DNA of 64,000 nt from Camelus ferus (GCF_009834535.1 NC_045697.1:114206001-114270000); one strand, 5' to 3'. Positions 12,360-26,199 are shown, counted from the first letter of the stretch. A program made the numbers and translations. Notes: a model not told the origin generated them from the letters alone.

Positions 12360-13300
12360 CAGAGAACCAGACAGGAGAAAGAATTCTGTTGCTTCCATAG
12401 AAATAACATTCTAGTGGGAGAGAGCAGAGTGTAAAGAAATAAATATAAAATATAATAGTGATAAAGGTAAGCAGTAATAACAGATAGGAAAGTGTCCCAG
12501 GGTTGGAAGAAGAATATGAATTTCAGAAGAAGGTCTTGGATGGTCCTTCTCATAAGTTAATATTTGAGCAAAGAATTAAATGGAGTGAGGTGTGCTAGCC
12601 AGGTGACAATACAGAAAAAATTTTAAGGCAAAATGCAAAGGAATTGGAGAGGTATGGAGTTAGATACACATAGCCTGTGTTTGGGAAGTTACTACTCCAT
12701 GTGGCTGAGATGCTGCTGGGGAGTTGCCTGAGATGAGTTCCTGTAGAGACATGCTCACTTTGCTAAGCGGTTGGGAAGTTGTCCCTTGTGGAAGTCACTG
12801 CTGTGTTTTGCCCCAGGAGGTACCATGAACAGATTCATATTTCAAAACAATCACTCTGGCTCCAGTGTGATGAAGACTTTGCAGTATGAGGGGAGTAAAA
12901 GAGAGGGGCTCAGGTTTGAGGCTATTAAAGTGGCAAGGCACTAGCTCAGAGGTGATGCTGTGACACTAATGCACTGTGACAGTGGGGGAGGTGAGGCAAG
13001 TTCTTGGATTCAGAATGTACTCTGTAGGGAAGTCCAATGTCATGTGCTGTTAGTCTGCCAGTGAGGGCAGGGTGGGACAAAGATAGAGTCAAAGCACTGA
13101 AGTGAAAGACATCAAAGACAACACCAAATTTTCAGAAATCAGCCATTTTTTGACTGAGGAAAGACTGAAGAAGAGGAAGTTCAGAAAAGGGGGAAGGCTC
13201 CCGTATTGCCTTTTAGAGTGACTATTAAAGCTGTAAGTGGAGATTTTGATTGGGCATTTCAAAGTACAAATCTAATATGTAGGAAAAAGGTCATAGTTGC
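12360..13300 (-). mobile_element. L2 relic
   Basis: ACATTCTAGTGGGAGAG, ATATTTGAGCAAAGA, AATCACTCTGGCT and GAGGCTATT...GAGGTGATG are typical of antisense L2. Confidence 0.65.
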
Positions 13301-13487
13301 AGGAAAGATTAATAACCACCAGAAATGTAAATTTCTTAGCCCAGTGGTATTATCTATAAGCTTAGGATGATAATATCCATGTCAAACAATGGATGGAAAA
13401 ATTAAATGAGGTTTTAGATCAAGAGAAAGTTTCTAGAATTTGTTATCACTATTTCACTTAAATTTGATATTCAAAGGACTTTATATG

Positions 13488-13958
13488 AAAAAACTACAAG
13501 TTGAGTTACCATATAATCCAGAAATTCTACTCCTGGGCACATATCCAGAGAAAACTGTAATTTGAAAAGATACCTGCACCCCAATGTTCATAGCAGCGCT
13601 ATTTACAACAGCCAAGACATGGAAACGACCTTAATGCCCATTGACAGATGACTGGATAAAGAAGCTGTGGTATATTTATGCAATGGCATACTACTCAGCT
13701 GTAAAAAGGAATGAAATAATGCCATCTGCAGCAACATGGATGGACCTAGAGATTGTCATTCTGTGAATTAAGTCAGACAGAGAAAGACAAATATCATATA
13801 ACATCAGTTATGTGTGGAATCTAAAAAAAAATCTAAATTAACTTATTTACAAGGCAGAAACAGACTAATAGACATGGAAAACAAATTTATGGTTACCAAA
13901 GGGAAAAGTGGGAGGGAGTGGAGAATAAATTAGAAGTTTGTGATTTGCAGATAAAAAA
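13488..13958 (+). mobile_element. LINE-1 fragment truncated at both ends (ORF2 end + partial 3'UTR)
   Basis: GAGTTACCATATAATCCAG...CCCAATGTTCATAGCAGC...GCAACATGGATGGACCTAGAG. It stops at TTTGCAGAT + A6 and lacks the last ~200 bp seen in sibling copies. Confidence 0.9.
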
Positions 13959-16406
13959 GGACAGAACAAAGGAATGAATATTTAAATTGAATAAAATGAT
14001 ATTTTTTTTAGGAATAATAATATATCAGTAAACTTGACATTTCCCTTTTCATGTTTCAGCTAGGACATTTTATTTCACACTTTATAATCAGAGCCCTATT
14101 ATCCTTATTGTTATTTTTTCCCTTTATCTGGAATTTCATAGTCCTTTTGTCTTTTCTTCTAAGTTTTAAAACATATGTCCTTATTTGTTGGGTCTCCTAG
14201 TTTGAGGGAGATGCAAACTGTGAGTAAACCAGAAAGAGATTTCCTTTATAGAGTTTAGGCTGTATGTGTTGATCAAAATCATGAGGTCATACAAGCACCT
14301 CCTCTGTGACATTCTTTGTGTGAACTATCAGCTGAAGCCCTGAGGAAGTTAGTACTGCTCAAGTAAAAGTAACGCCCAATAATGTCTGCAAAATCATGAT
14401 TACTTCTTGGCTTTGAGCTTCTCAGTTCATCTGCTGGAATGCATGTGTTTACCCACTATTCACATAATCTCAACCAAGCTGGGAAAGAGAAGGGAAAGAA
14501 AAAAGAGAACTCATATTACTCCTGAATATAGAATTATAAATAGATTCATAAGTCTGTATAAATATAGATGGATGTTTAAATAAAACTATGTATGCACTTA
14601 AAACTGAACATTGGATTGAATGTTTAGTAAGTATACATAAGAGAAGAATATTAGTTAAACAAAATTTTTAGAAAGAGTATACAAAATTTAAATTTTTATT
14701 TTAAAGATGGTAGAATTATTTTTTCACTTATTAGGTAAATATATACTTTGTTAATCTTTTAACAGTCTAATTATATCTAAATATAAATATAAACACACCA
14801 GTACATGTTTCTTATTTATATACATTTTGTACTTTTTGCAGTAATATATGTAAGGAGTTATGATGCTTTTATTGCAAAAATTTTAATAAAATAAATACCT
14901 TAATTCTTGAAAACACTTAAATTACTGAAAAATGAACATTTGATTACTAGCCACTTAAAAAAAATACAGTTTAACTCTGTATTAATAGCATGACCATTTT
15001 TGGTTTTAGTTAGGACTTAAGATATGCACTATAGCTGCCCTTGAATGCAATTCAAAGAGAGATGATTATTGACCCAAAATACATGAATGTGGTACAAATG
15101 CGCAGTGCTACCCTAATTGTCACTTGAAATTTTCTTCTCTATTTAATCTTTCTTCATTGATTAAGCATACTGTAATATTTCCTCCTGATGATAACTAGAA
15201 AATGCATGCAAAAAATTATTTAAATGATGTATATATAGTCTATAAAATATTGAATACAGAGCCATAAAGTTGGCCTAGAAAAGTGTCATTAAGAATGTTT
15301 TTGACAATTTATTTAATAATTCAAGGCCCACTTTTCATATTTTATACGTCATTCAAGGAATAGGACTGTTATTTTTGCTTGCATGTATGTCTAAAATTTT
15401 TGTTTTTTATTAAAATATTTAATTTACAATTAATTTATAACAAATTTTTTATCTTTGTAGTTTTATGAGCAGTGCTATACCAGAAATAAGAAGTATATAT
15501 AAAATAAATATTTTCTAAAATAGAAAAAGAATGACTTCCAGCTGTGACTGTATGATGCAGTAAATAACATAAACAATCATCCAGAAGGAAACATTACATC
15601 ACCAAATGTCACTTAAAACCCAAAGCGCTTCAGAAAATCAATCAGTTAAATGACAAAAAAGACGGTAATCTTGAGAGGTCAAGAGCAAGGTCGTGGTGGA
15701 ACCCCACATTGTACATAGCCTCTGAAACCACTAGCTTACCAGCAAGTATTGGCCAAACCTGAAGATACTGAGCTTGCGTATTTTCAGTTATTTTAGGCAA
15801 AAAAAAATCATGTAAAAAGGAGAATCTGACAGAATGCTTCTGCCTAACACTGAGACTTTCAAAAGCCATGACCTCAATGAAATAGAGATCAGTCTACTTT
15901 CAGAGGAAGCCATCGTTGTCTATCTCAATTGTGAAAACACTCTTAAAAATAAAAGTGACAAGCTGTTCCTCCACTGAGATTTGGGCTAAATTCACATGAC
16001 AGCCACAATATGTAAAACCTCATATAGTGATTTTATTTTAAATGGGATTTGGGATGATAGCGCCCCAGCAGGCACCAGGGCAAAGCAAACAATACAAAGG
16101 TTTTCTTTCCAAACAAACTGTAACCTTACAGCTCTGTGCAGTTCCACAGGAAAAAATAAAAAAGTTTCATTGAATACAACTCCTAACAAAAGATCATTTT
16201 TCAGGTAATCTAACAAAAATCCTAAGTGAGAACAAAGAAAACAACAAATAGATGAGTCATGCCTATAGATACATAATATTAAATAAGTGCTTCCACATAT
16301 ATAAAGAAAAGAAACGTTGTTAAACATATGATAAACAAAAGCCTATAAAACAAGCAGCTTTTAAGATTAAATAGAACTTGCAGAATTGATACAGTGTGTG
16401 CACACA

Positions 16407-16710
16407 CATGCATCGCCCATTTCACTGTGCTCTGCTTTATTGTGCTTCACAGATATTACATTATTTATGAATTGTAGGTTTATAGCATCCTTGCAAGTCT
16501 GTCAGCACCATTTTTCCAATATCATTTACTCCCTTTGAGTCTCTGTGTCACATTTCGGTAATTTCACAATATTTCAGACTTTTCATTATTACATATCTGT
16601 TATGGTGACCTGTGGTCATTGATCGCTCGTGTTACTACTGTGATTCTTCTGGGGCACCAACAGCCATGCCTATGCTTATAAGACCAAGCGCTTCCCAATG
16701 AACACCCTGT
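16407..16710 (+). mobile_element. Tigger1-like (TcMar-Tigger) DNA transposon terminal fragment
   Basis: GCTTTATTGTGCTTCACAGATA...GCAAGTCTGTCAGCACCATTTTTCCAA...GTCTCTGTGTCACATTT...ATATCTGTTATGGTGA matches the recalled Tigger1 left end. Confidence 0.85.
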
Positions 16711-16879
16711 GAGAGAGTGTGGCATTAAGAAATTATAATAAGTTTAGGGTTTTTTTTGAGGAAGTTGCCTAAAGTGGTCGAATACACAACCACTGACATC
16801 GTGCTAATGATTTAGGTAGTAACTAGTTCATGATAAGGAGTCATTGAAAGAAGATGACCAAAAATTAATAACAACATAC

Positions 16880-17270
16880 CAAGTTGTTAAAAAAAAATCA
16901 CTTTGACAATATTGTGGAAACTAGATTCCTGAGGGAGGTGGGACATCCTTGAGTCCAAAGAATAAGTGGGTTCAGACAGGACTGGGTGAAAGATGATGGC
17001 CAGTTAAACTAAAACTGCATTGGTGGTTTTAAGAAAAAGTCAAGTTCTAGAGAGATTGAGAAAATTAGATCTACAAACGGTGATAACTGATTTGAAATAG
17101 TAAAAGAAAGAAGGTGACACCTAAGGTTTTGGCTTGACCATGTAATGGGTAAAGTGCACTGAAAAAGAAATACCAGAGAGAGAGAGAGAGAGCCGCTCTG
17201 GAAAGCAGAAGAGGGTTAATATGGTGCCAGGACTGAGGATAACGTGTAGAATGGGAGAAACAGAAGACCA
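16880..17270 (-). mobile_element. L2 relic
   Basis: AAAATCACTTTGACAATATTGTGGAAACTAGATT and GGTGACACCTAAGGTTTTGGCTTGA. Confidence 0.55.
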
Positions 17271-18849
17271 GCTTCAAGATGTTTTTCTTGTTTCATTTCG
17301 AACACTATGTTTATTTAACTCACTCTCTCCAATTTAAAGCAAAAATCTATTTTAGTTAAAATTGTGCTATTCTAAAAATATATAAATTGATTAAATTTTG
17401 GGTTAGTTACCTTGATCCTTTTTCAATGCAGTTTTTATTTATATAATGTAATTGTGAGCAATAGTATAAGCAGAAATTTGTACCACGTTTCTCTCACTTT
17501 GCACTGTAATATATGCAAATCCCTATTGGTCAACTTTTTCTAATTTTTGCACTGAGAAACCCTGAAGTAACCATCTTCTAATGTGTGTTTTGTTTTTGTT
17601 TTTGTTTTTTGGGTTTTTTTGTATTTTCAGTTCTTTCCTAAGCACATGGTCTCATTACTTGGTTTAAACCAAAGTTTGTGGCTATTTCACACTCCTATTA
17701 TATATTGCTTTCTTTCTTTCATAAAGAATTTTACTAAGTGATTTTCACACAAGTAATATTTAAATATGCCATTTACTTTTGGCCCTGTCAAGCATGAACT
17801 CTATTATTTTTCAGTTTATTTAATATCCAAATAATTATATAGAAAATATATATAAAATTTTGAATGTATTTGATTAGTTTCAAAGTTGAACATAATTTCC
17901 AGACATGTTTAAAATATTTGTATTTCCTCATTTTTAAGTTGCCTGCATAATTTACTCAAATATCTGTGTGTCTGTCATACAGAAAGTGCTCATTACATTA
18001 ATTAGTAATTAATGACTTGAGACATTGGCAAATTAAATAATTAATACCTTGTATTACTTAGGGCATTAATTTCAAAAGAGCGTATGATCAATTTAGGGAA
18101 ACACATTTTAGTTAAAGGACAATTTCAAGATGTTGAGTAGCATGCAAATATAATCATGGTGTGTAACACACAGTGAACGTGTGTACAAATATTAAATGTA
18201 TATTGTGGAATTAAGGCCACTTGATAAATGTCCTCAAATGATAAAGCAAAAGGTTGAGATTGAGACTGGTAGCCCAGAATACTTCATTCTATTTCAATCT
18301 CTCTTCTTCTGAATTAAATATAAACTTAGATATTTCCAGAGGCAAGGAGGAGAGGGAGAGAAGGCATTTTATTCGTCTACTATAAATCACATGGAATGCT
18401 TGCTTTCATGGTCTTCTCTTCTTGAAAGAGCTCAAAGAGAAGGTGAAAAAGATGCCATTTAATTGCATAACGCAAATGAAGCAATGTAAAATTCACCAAA
18501 TCCCCAGGCTTCTTTTGTTCCTTCATTTTCCCAGCTGCAATATTTTGCAAGGTGAGCTGCTGCTGTATGAGTCCTATCTGGCCACAGATAACAACTTGCT
18601 TTACAAAGTTATAGAGAAAGACTTTATGGTATAGGAAGAAAAAATGTAGATTAAATAGATTTTATACTTTAATTTTATCATCAAAAGATATAATTTCATT
18701 GAATGGCAACTGATGTTCAGGCTCCTCTGAATAATACACTCGCTGTTTAGATAAAATGTGCAGGGTGTCAAAATTTTGAACATGCCCAGGCTCTGTCTTA
18801 AGGAGCTGAAACCATAGAAAAAGTTTGAGGGGTTAGATTTGAAGAACTG

Positions 18850-19620
18850 AATGAAGAATGGAAACAAAGCACACAGGCAACAATGCAAGTGAAGTGAAGT
18901 GAGCTTCCAAGTTTGCATTAAAGTTGTAGGAACCGGCAAAGGCAAAGTCATAAAAAGCCTGCTAGTTCGGGGAAAGTATTTAAGATATTATTCTAAGTGC
19001 AATCAGCAGAGACTACAGTGTTTTCAATGAGCAAGCTGAAAGGTTTTTTTAAAAATAAAGATCACTCTAGTATTAGGTGACACAACAGGTTGGAAGAACA
19101 TAAGAGAGAAAATTAGAGAATTAAAGAGACTAATTAGAAACCCACTGATGGCTAATAGAGGATGGAGATTTGAGCGAGGCTGTTGGCACTGGGGGTGGAG
19201 TCGGGGATGATGAAACTCTGAGTCTGCGTGAGATTAGGAAGAAGAGAAAATGAGTAAAACCTCGAGAACTTCTTTTATGTGCAACTAAGAATATGATACT
19301 CCTTCCTAAAAATACTATGTGTTCAGTTTTGAACACTATGAAGCATCGACACGGAAAACTGAAACGCCTGTGGAACATCCCAGTGATACCGGTTATTCGT
19401 ATCTAGGTCTGGAGAGAGAAAGGAGGAAAACCAGGAAAGTCATGTGTCATAGACGCCAAGAGCAGAATGAGTTTTAAGGAGGAGGCAAGAGAGTTTTGTG
19501 TTTCATTTTAAAAAAGAAGAATTCTCGTAAATTTCCTGAAGGAAATTCTGCAAAAACTGTCTGCCATCCTAGAGAAAACAGAGTTGGGGGTATAGAAGCC
19601 TTATTACATACAGCGTTGAA
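18850..19620 (-). mobile_element. L2 relic
   Basis: TTATTCTAAGTGCAAT, AAAGATCACTCT, GTTCAGTTTTGAACA and GTGTCATAGACGCCAAGAG...TTTAAGGAGGAGG. Confidence 0.65.
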
Positions 19621-20459
19621 AAGGTCTGGGATGTAATTTTTAAAAGGGAACCATCATTCTGGGGATACACTAACCCTGACTCCAGAATCTCCTTCGGGTC
19701 CTGTATGAACTAGCAGAACTTACTCCAGTAGCCAGAATTTCTGGGATTATGTAGAATACGGAAAATAATTTGCCTCAGTGAGCAGCAGTCTACCCTTTCT
19801 CGAACTAAATTATTTTCTCTGAATTATACAGTGTAGGGGGAAAAATCTCACATCATGGACTAGAGAAGAAAGATGCAATAGTTAGAAGTAAGTGTCCATC
19901 AGCTGTTCTTAGGAAAGATTTCCTATTTGTGTTCAATGTGTTTCAGGCAAAGGAACTTGAGATGTGCTGTTGCAGTTTGGAGATGGTAAAATTCAACTCA
20001 GTACAGCAGCTAAAGAGAAAGGGCATCTTCAGACGTCAAAAGAGCCTATTTTTTTCCACTTGTGATTCAAATTAGAGCCGAGTGGGCTCATAATTTTGGA
20101 AAGACTATGGAAATATCTTGTAATGAAAACAAATGAGGGTATGGTAACATTACAGTAACAAGGCAGTATTTCATTGCTTCTGTCTCTTGTCATGACTTCT
20201 GACATCCTGATGTATGATAATAAAAGAGGATTTAAAATAATTTACTGAGGTTACAATTTGATTAATGAATGAGAAAAAAAATCATTTGCACATTATTGAA
20301 AGCATGCTTCTATTTTATTTTTATAGGTAATTCATAGTGTTATTCTTTAACCTGTGATTTCCACCAAATATTTTTGTAGCCTGTTTACAAATTGTACAAT
20401 AATCTTGAGAACACCTATTAATTTTAAATGAGATGAAGAATACTTGAACTTCACCCATC

Positions 20460-21000
20460 GTGCTAACCATGATCGCTCTTGCTGAAATATTTAAAGTCTC
20501 TTGATCACCTTTTCATATTTGACACTCTCTCATCTTGCTTTCCAGGAATCTGTTGCTTTGTGGTTCTCCCCTGACCTGTTTGTTATTGTTGTTTAGTTGG
20601 CTTTTCTTTCTCGTTTTCCACTTAGTAGATGTAAGTCTTCTCCAGGGAAAAACGTTGATTCTCATCTCACGTTTTGCTCATTCTCTTGGTCCACTTGTAT
20701 AAATCCATAGGTTTCAGTGTCATCGCCATGTGGCTCCATGCATCTCTTGTGTATCTGTGGTTCCTGTGACATTCCACCCTTGACCCGATGTTGCGTTGGT
20801 GCAAATCTGTTCTGAGATATTCCACCAAAATTACAAACACAGTACAACTTAAATTGAACTCAATAGTCACCCTTGCTAATACATCAGAAATTGACACATG
20901 GTAACTGACTATATACTTCAATAAAAAAAAAAAATAATTTCACTCTGATGTATTGCACTAACTTCTTAATTTGCCTCCAACATTCAGCTTGGTGCCTTCT
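20460..21000 (+). mobile_element. L2 relic interrupted by an L1 tip
   Basis: GTGGTTCTCCCCTGACC, CTTCTCCAGGG, CCATAGGTTTCAGTGTCATC and AAATTGAACTC resemble sense L2. Confidence 0.5.
20880..20934 (+). mobile_element. ultra-short LINE-1 3' tip
   Basis: TACATCAGAAATTGACACATGGTAACTGACTATATACTTCAATAAA + poly(A); no clear TSD. Confidence 0.85.
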
Positions 21001-21039
21001 GTTCATTATTAATATCACCGTCTTTAATCTCTATGCCTG

Positions 21040-21212
21040 GAATCAGTGCCGTGCTTCTGTCTTTTAATCCTCACAACACCTTTTGAGTGAGACATCATCT
21101 CCCCATTATACAGATGGGTAAACTGAGCTTCACGTGCCTTAGATGGCTTGTCAATAGTGACACAGTTAGAGTCAGGGATGGGATTTGAAGTCTGGTCTAC
21201 CTGACTCAAAGC
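21040..21212 (-). mobile_element. MIR SINE
   Basis: TTTAATCCTCACAACACC...CCCCATTATACAGATGGGTAAACTGAG...GGGATTTGAAGTCTGGTCTACCTGACTCAAAGC (MIR core). Confidence 0.85.
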
Positions 21213-22929
21213 TATGAATAACTTCAAACTTCAGCCCAATTTCAGAACGCATGTTACTTCTCATAACATAGTCAGGGACTCTCCTAGTGCCCCAGGATTC
21301 CACGAAACTGTTGGGTTAAAAGCTTCAGGATCTCAGCTATACTCTTTCTGAAAGACAGTAAGAAATACTTTGTTCAATGTCAAGCTAGCATACAGAAAAA
21401 CAAAAGTTGATGTTGCTCTCGGAATCTTTAGGGGAGTCCTATTTCAGCTAAATAGGACCACTACTCCCCACTTGAGTTATAGCAAATTTCAACAACAACA
21501 AACAAGCAGAGGGTCTTTTTAATCCCACTGATAAATCAAAGAAGACACGGCTTGATGTTTGTGAGCCTGATGGTCTTAATCTTGACCACAGAATGAGCCA
21601 ATCCCATCCCAGCAGCGTGGAAGCCTTTCTCCAGCGGAATCCAAGGTCCTGAGCAGTGGCTGAGTTGGCTCTCTGCTGGCAGATGGGCAACTTTCAAGGA
21701 AAAACTGAGAGGGGCTGTGAGGGGTTTGCTGAGCTGAACTTCGTAAATTCACAAACAAGGTGAAGAACTCTACTTCTCCAGAGTGAGCGGAGCAGGTAAC
21801 AGTGAGGGAGGGGTGAGGTAAACCACTTCTCCTGGAAGTCAGGGACTGGAAAAGGCGCTCTCATCCGGTTGCACCCGGCTGGATTCTCCCCCAGCCTCTA
21901 TGCTCTGTTTGTGTCGTGTCCAGTCGGCCGTTCTGCTGCCAGCTAGCCTCTCACGTTGCCTCCAGTCCCTCAGTCCTGCCTGTTTCTGTTGTGACTGTTG
22001 CATCACCCCCTAACCGATTCCCACGAGTCTTCACTTTCTTTCTCTGTGTTGACTTCCTCCATCACCTGAATACAGGCGTTCACCCTCCTGCACGGTTTTG
22101 ATGATGCAACCCCTTGATCAAACAAACAAACGTGATCTGTTATCACATGTAGTAAAACTCAGCCTTCCATCCAAGGTCTTCTATCTTCTGACATGCACTG
22201 ACATTTTCCATCATTATTATTCACTGTTTACATCCAAAAAGATCATTGATTTATCCCTAAGCAAAACCATCCATTTCCCAGCTGTGCCCTTTTATTGTAC
22301 TTCTTATAGAACAATGTAACAATATATGCAATTACATTTCCAGTAAAATAGGAAGGCTGAAATGACAGAATTGATAGAAACAAAAGAGACGGCTTTATTA
22401 CAGATGAGGAGTACGGATTTTCATAAATGGAACTTTGTGTGCACATAGGGGTGATTACTTTTGAGACTCCATTTAATCGAATAAAACTGTGATGTTATCA
22501 CTGGCATTTGGGGCAGAGAATTTTTGGTACTCAGTGGAGAGTACTTTCTTCATTCATTCATAGCCTTACTACTTTTGTTTTCCATATAGTTTGAATTACC
22601 AGAAAAATGCATTTGCAAATTCTCCACTTATTTTGAGAAAAGAGAGAAGAGGCAATCACTCACTTAAGATCTTTACAATTTTGAAATTTCTCATATGGAC
22701 TTCTTGTAGATCATTCCTTTTCTGATAGATAATTTTGGTAGTGATGCTGTTGCTTCTTCAGAACTGATATTGTAATAGAAAATACCGAACTTCTTTTACT
22801 AAACCAAAACTATTCATTGCAGTATATTTTTAGATTCAAGCCTCTCTTTCATATTTATTCATAAGTAAAACAATTATCTATTTTTTCCCTTTGTTATATT
22901 CCATTTTAACTACTAAAAGCAAAGGGGAA

Positions 22930-22976
22930 GAAACTGACACGTTGTAACCGACTGTACTTCAATAAAAAAAGAAAAG
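22930..22976 (+). mobile_element. ultra-short LINE-1 3' tip with TSD
   Basis: GAAACTGACACGTTGTAACCGACTGTACTTCAATAAA + A tail. TSD AAAGCAAAGGGGAA (22916-22929) vs AAAGTAAAGGTGAA (22977-22990), 12/14. Confidence 0.88.
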
Positions 22977-23484
22977 AAAGTAAAGGTGAAATACTACTGT
23001 TTTAAAAAATTGTACATTTTATAAGGTTATCAAAGACATTTATTTTAACCATACATAATTGAGTTATTTAAAATATTTTCTACAGTTTTTATCAAGCAGG
23101 AAATCTTTGCAGAAAGAATTCATTCCCACTGAGATTTAAGATAATGTCAATTACAGTTCCTCCTAAAGAAGGAAATTGAATCTCCTCGCCTGTCCTGTGT
23201 CGGTTTCACCAGGTGAGGAAGGACTAACGATGTTAGATTGCTTTTCAGTGGGATAGAATGAACTAAATTTGCATCCAGGGAGAAATGATTTCTTAGCCAC
23301 AGACACATGCATTGATCAGATTGTCTGTGAGTAGTTTATTCTACGTATTTATACATTTTCTTTTCCATCTTCCTGTCAAGTATTATTACACCCCATTTAT
23401 CATCAGAGAATTAAAGCGAGAGACAACTACCAGAGGCTCCCTGAGATGAAAGGAAGCTGGCCTGCGAGATTCTTCAGCTGCTGC

Positions 23485-23621
23485 TTTTTTTTTTTTTTTT
23501 TCTAATTTCTACTGTGTATTTTATTTTTTTTTTATTTTCCCCTATTGTTTTTAAATCGAAAAATAGCTGGTTTACAGTGCTGTGTCATTTTCTGGTGTAC
23601 AGCAGAGCGATTCAGTTATAC
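23485..23621 (-). mobile_element. short LINE-1 3' tip with extended composite tail
   Basis: TTTACAGTGCTGTGTCATTTTCTGGTGTACAGCAGAGCGATTCAGTTATAC is the antisense L1 terminus; T17 at 23485-23501. Confidence 0.8.
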
Positions 23622-24089
23622 TCAATTGTTTCTCTAATAAGAGTCCAGAAGGAAGAGTAAAAAAAATGACCCATGAAAAACACAGCACTAACTTAATGTT
23701 TTTTTTTTTTTCCAAAACTTGGTCTCCTGAATTTTGGGTACGATGTTTGAGAATCAGTGTCAGAATAATTCTTCTTTTCATTTGAATGATGCCACCCAAC
23801 TATCACTTAGCATTTCTTCCAAGAAGAGAGAATATACTGCAGCAGAACAGTAAAAGCTATGATATCGAATCAGCACAAATATTGACAAATACACCACACC
23901 ATACGCTGAACAAAGAAGTTATCCTGAAGCATATTGGATTGTAAGATGGACTTAGATTGAAGGCAAATACCTGTAAGAAATATTATGTACTTTCTTTCCT
24001 TCCTAGATTTCACCAGACAGACTATAAATGCACAAAACTAGGGGAATGGTGAAATTAATTTTTATATATCCACAGGGTAGGGTATTTTA

Positions 24090-24730
24090 AACACCCAGTG
24101 CCACTACCCTGATTTATGCTACCATTACCTTTTACATGAATTCCTCTTAATTCAGCCCTCTGCCTGTGGTTTTACGCCCCTGGAAATGTTCTCTACCCTG
24201 AAGCCAGAGTACAGACTGACAGATACAAAGAGTCAAATCTAACCCTATTATTTCTTCATTCTGCAAGCCTCCCCCGCTTTTATTACAATATCCAAGCAAC
24301 TAAACATGGCGACAGTAACGTCATTACTTGTTCCACTTCATCTGCCCCCATCTTCACCTCTAGCTCTGCATTTCGGCCAAACCTGGTTTTAAATTCTACA
24401 CATACTCTTCAACATCTCAGAAGGGCATCGCACACATTGTGGTTTCCTCACTGTCATTTCTCTTTTATTTAATCCATTCTTCGCTTCCTGAAGCCCTTAA
24501 CGTAATTAGTATGCGATCTTCAAAGCCATCCTTGACGCCCCACCTAACCTCTCTGGGTACCATTCCTTCCTGTATCCCTGTGACTGCATGTAATAGCACT
24601 TAGCTGATGGTATGGAAGCATCTGTCCCTTCAACATGAGCTGTGAGCCTACTGATGGTTGGGAACAGGTCGCCTCATTTACTGTTTTATTCCCAGCAGTT
24701 AGCGCTATGCCTTTTACATAGCTGACATTT
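24090..24730 (+). mobile_element. L2 3' region relic
   Basis: CCACTACCCTGATTTATGCTACCATTACC...CTCTACCCTGAAGCCAGAGT...TGAGCTGTGAGC...TTATTCCCAGCAGTTAGCGCTATGCC. Confidence 0.65.
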
Positions 24731-26199
24731 TGATTTGAATTCTTTTCCCCAAATTTTTGAAATCGAAAAAGTACAATTTTTAAAATAATAATAAGATACA
24801 GACTGTTGCAGAGCAAGGCTCTATGAATTGGGAGTCTGTATGTTAGAATAAGCATTGTAGAAAACAACTTTAGATAGTGACACTTAAGCCAGGCTAAGAG
24901 TTTTAAGTAAACAGGTGAAGAAATTGAGAAATCTACTAAAGGCTGGAAGAATTTCTGAAAGTTTTGGGACATGGACGTAACCCAGTGAAACACCTCTTAC
25001 TAAGGTTCATGTTGCGGCGCAACGTATGATGAATCAAAGAGAAAAGTTCAAGAGCTGAGAGGTTTGTAGATTAGCATTTGTATAAACCTTCGAATGTTGA
25101 CAGGGTGGGGAGGGGCGTGGGGAGCAGCCCTCATCCACTCCTGCAGGAGAGAAATGACGGCAGTAGGAAAATTCACGGCTCTAGGTGAGTGTGCTGGTCC
25201 CAGCATATTAAGTTAAGAGCCTTACTTTTGATAGACCAAAGAGTCCAAAAATGTAAAGCAATTCCATCTGCTAAGAGACGAGGAAACAGTGTCAAGAAAG
25301 ATTCCTGGAGAGCGTGGACGTCAGTGAGACCTGACTAGGAACACATGACAGGTCTACTGAACACTGGTCCCAATGGAGATGGCAACCCACAGACTTGCAA
25401 AGCCGCTGATTAAAACCTCAATGGGATTTTCTCCAGCAACGTTCTATTGCATCCATAGAATTAGAGAATGAAAGATAAGTAAATATATTACAGATGGGGC
25501 TTTACCAAGAATCGGTGGCTGAAAGCAGCACTGAAGAGGGTACAGCTCTAGGCAAGAGAGGAGCTCCACGGAGTGTCAAAGGAAGAGGCAGCCAGAGGTA
25601 AAGCCAGGGACAAAGCAGGCCTCTAGGCTCCAAGCCAAGGCCCTGGGCTACATATCTCCATGGACTCACAGAGCAGAACCAGTAGAATGAGACTGGTGGA
25701 GGGGACGGATATGTGGTGCAGGAATCAGGATTAGAATGACAACTTTAGAACGGGAGCAGTTCATGGCCATGTCTATGGAAGACGACAGCTAACCTGGACT
25801 GGAGGTTAGGGTGTTTTGGGCTTGATTGGTGAATGTCTGTCTCCTCCATCAGAACTTAATTTTCCCAATGGCAAGGATCACACCTGCTTCTGCTCAATAT
25901 GTTATCCTCAGTGCTCATCATAGCGCCGAGAGATAGCAAAGGCAGGCTCTCTAAATACACCTTTTATGGAATTGATATATGCACGTAAGTCAAGGGCTTT
26001 CAAAGTAGGGCATGAATGGTTGCCCGGGTCTTTGAATTTGGTTGATGGCTACAAATGGGCTGAAAGCTGCTGCTTCTCACTTAACCAATGAGTTGTTGAC
26101 AGAAATAAGAGGAAGCAAAGCGTGATAGAAAAAGACAGCAGGAGATCGCATATAAAGGATTGGAGAAAAATTATGAGGTGAGACAAGAAACAGAATTGC

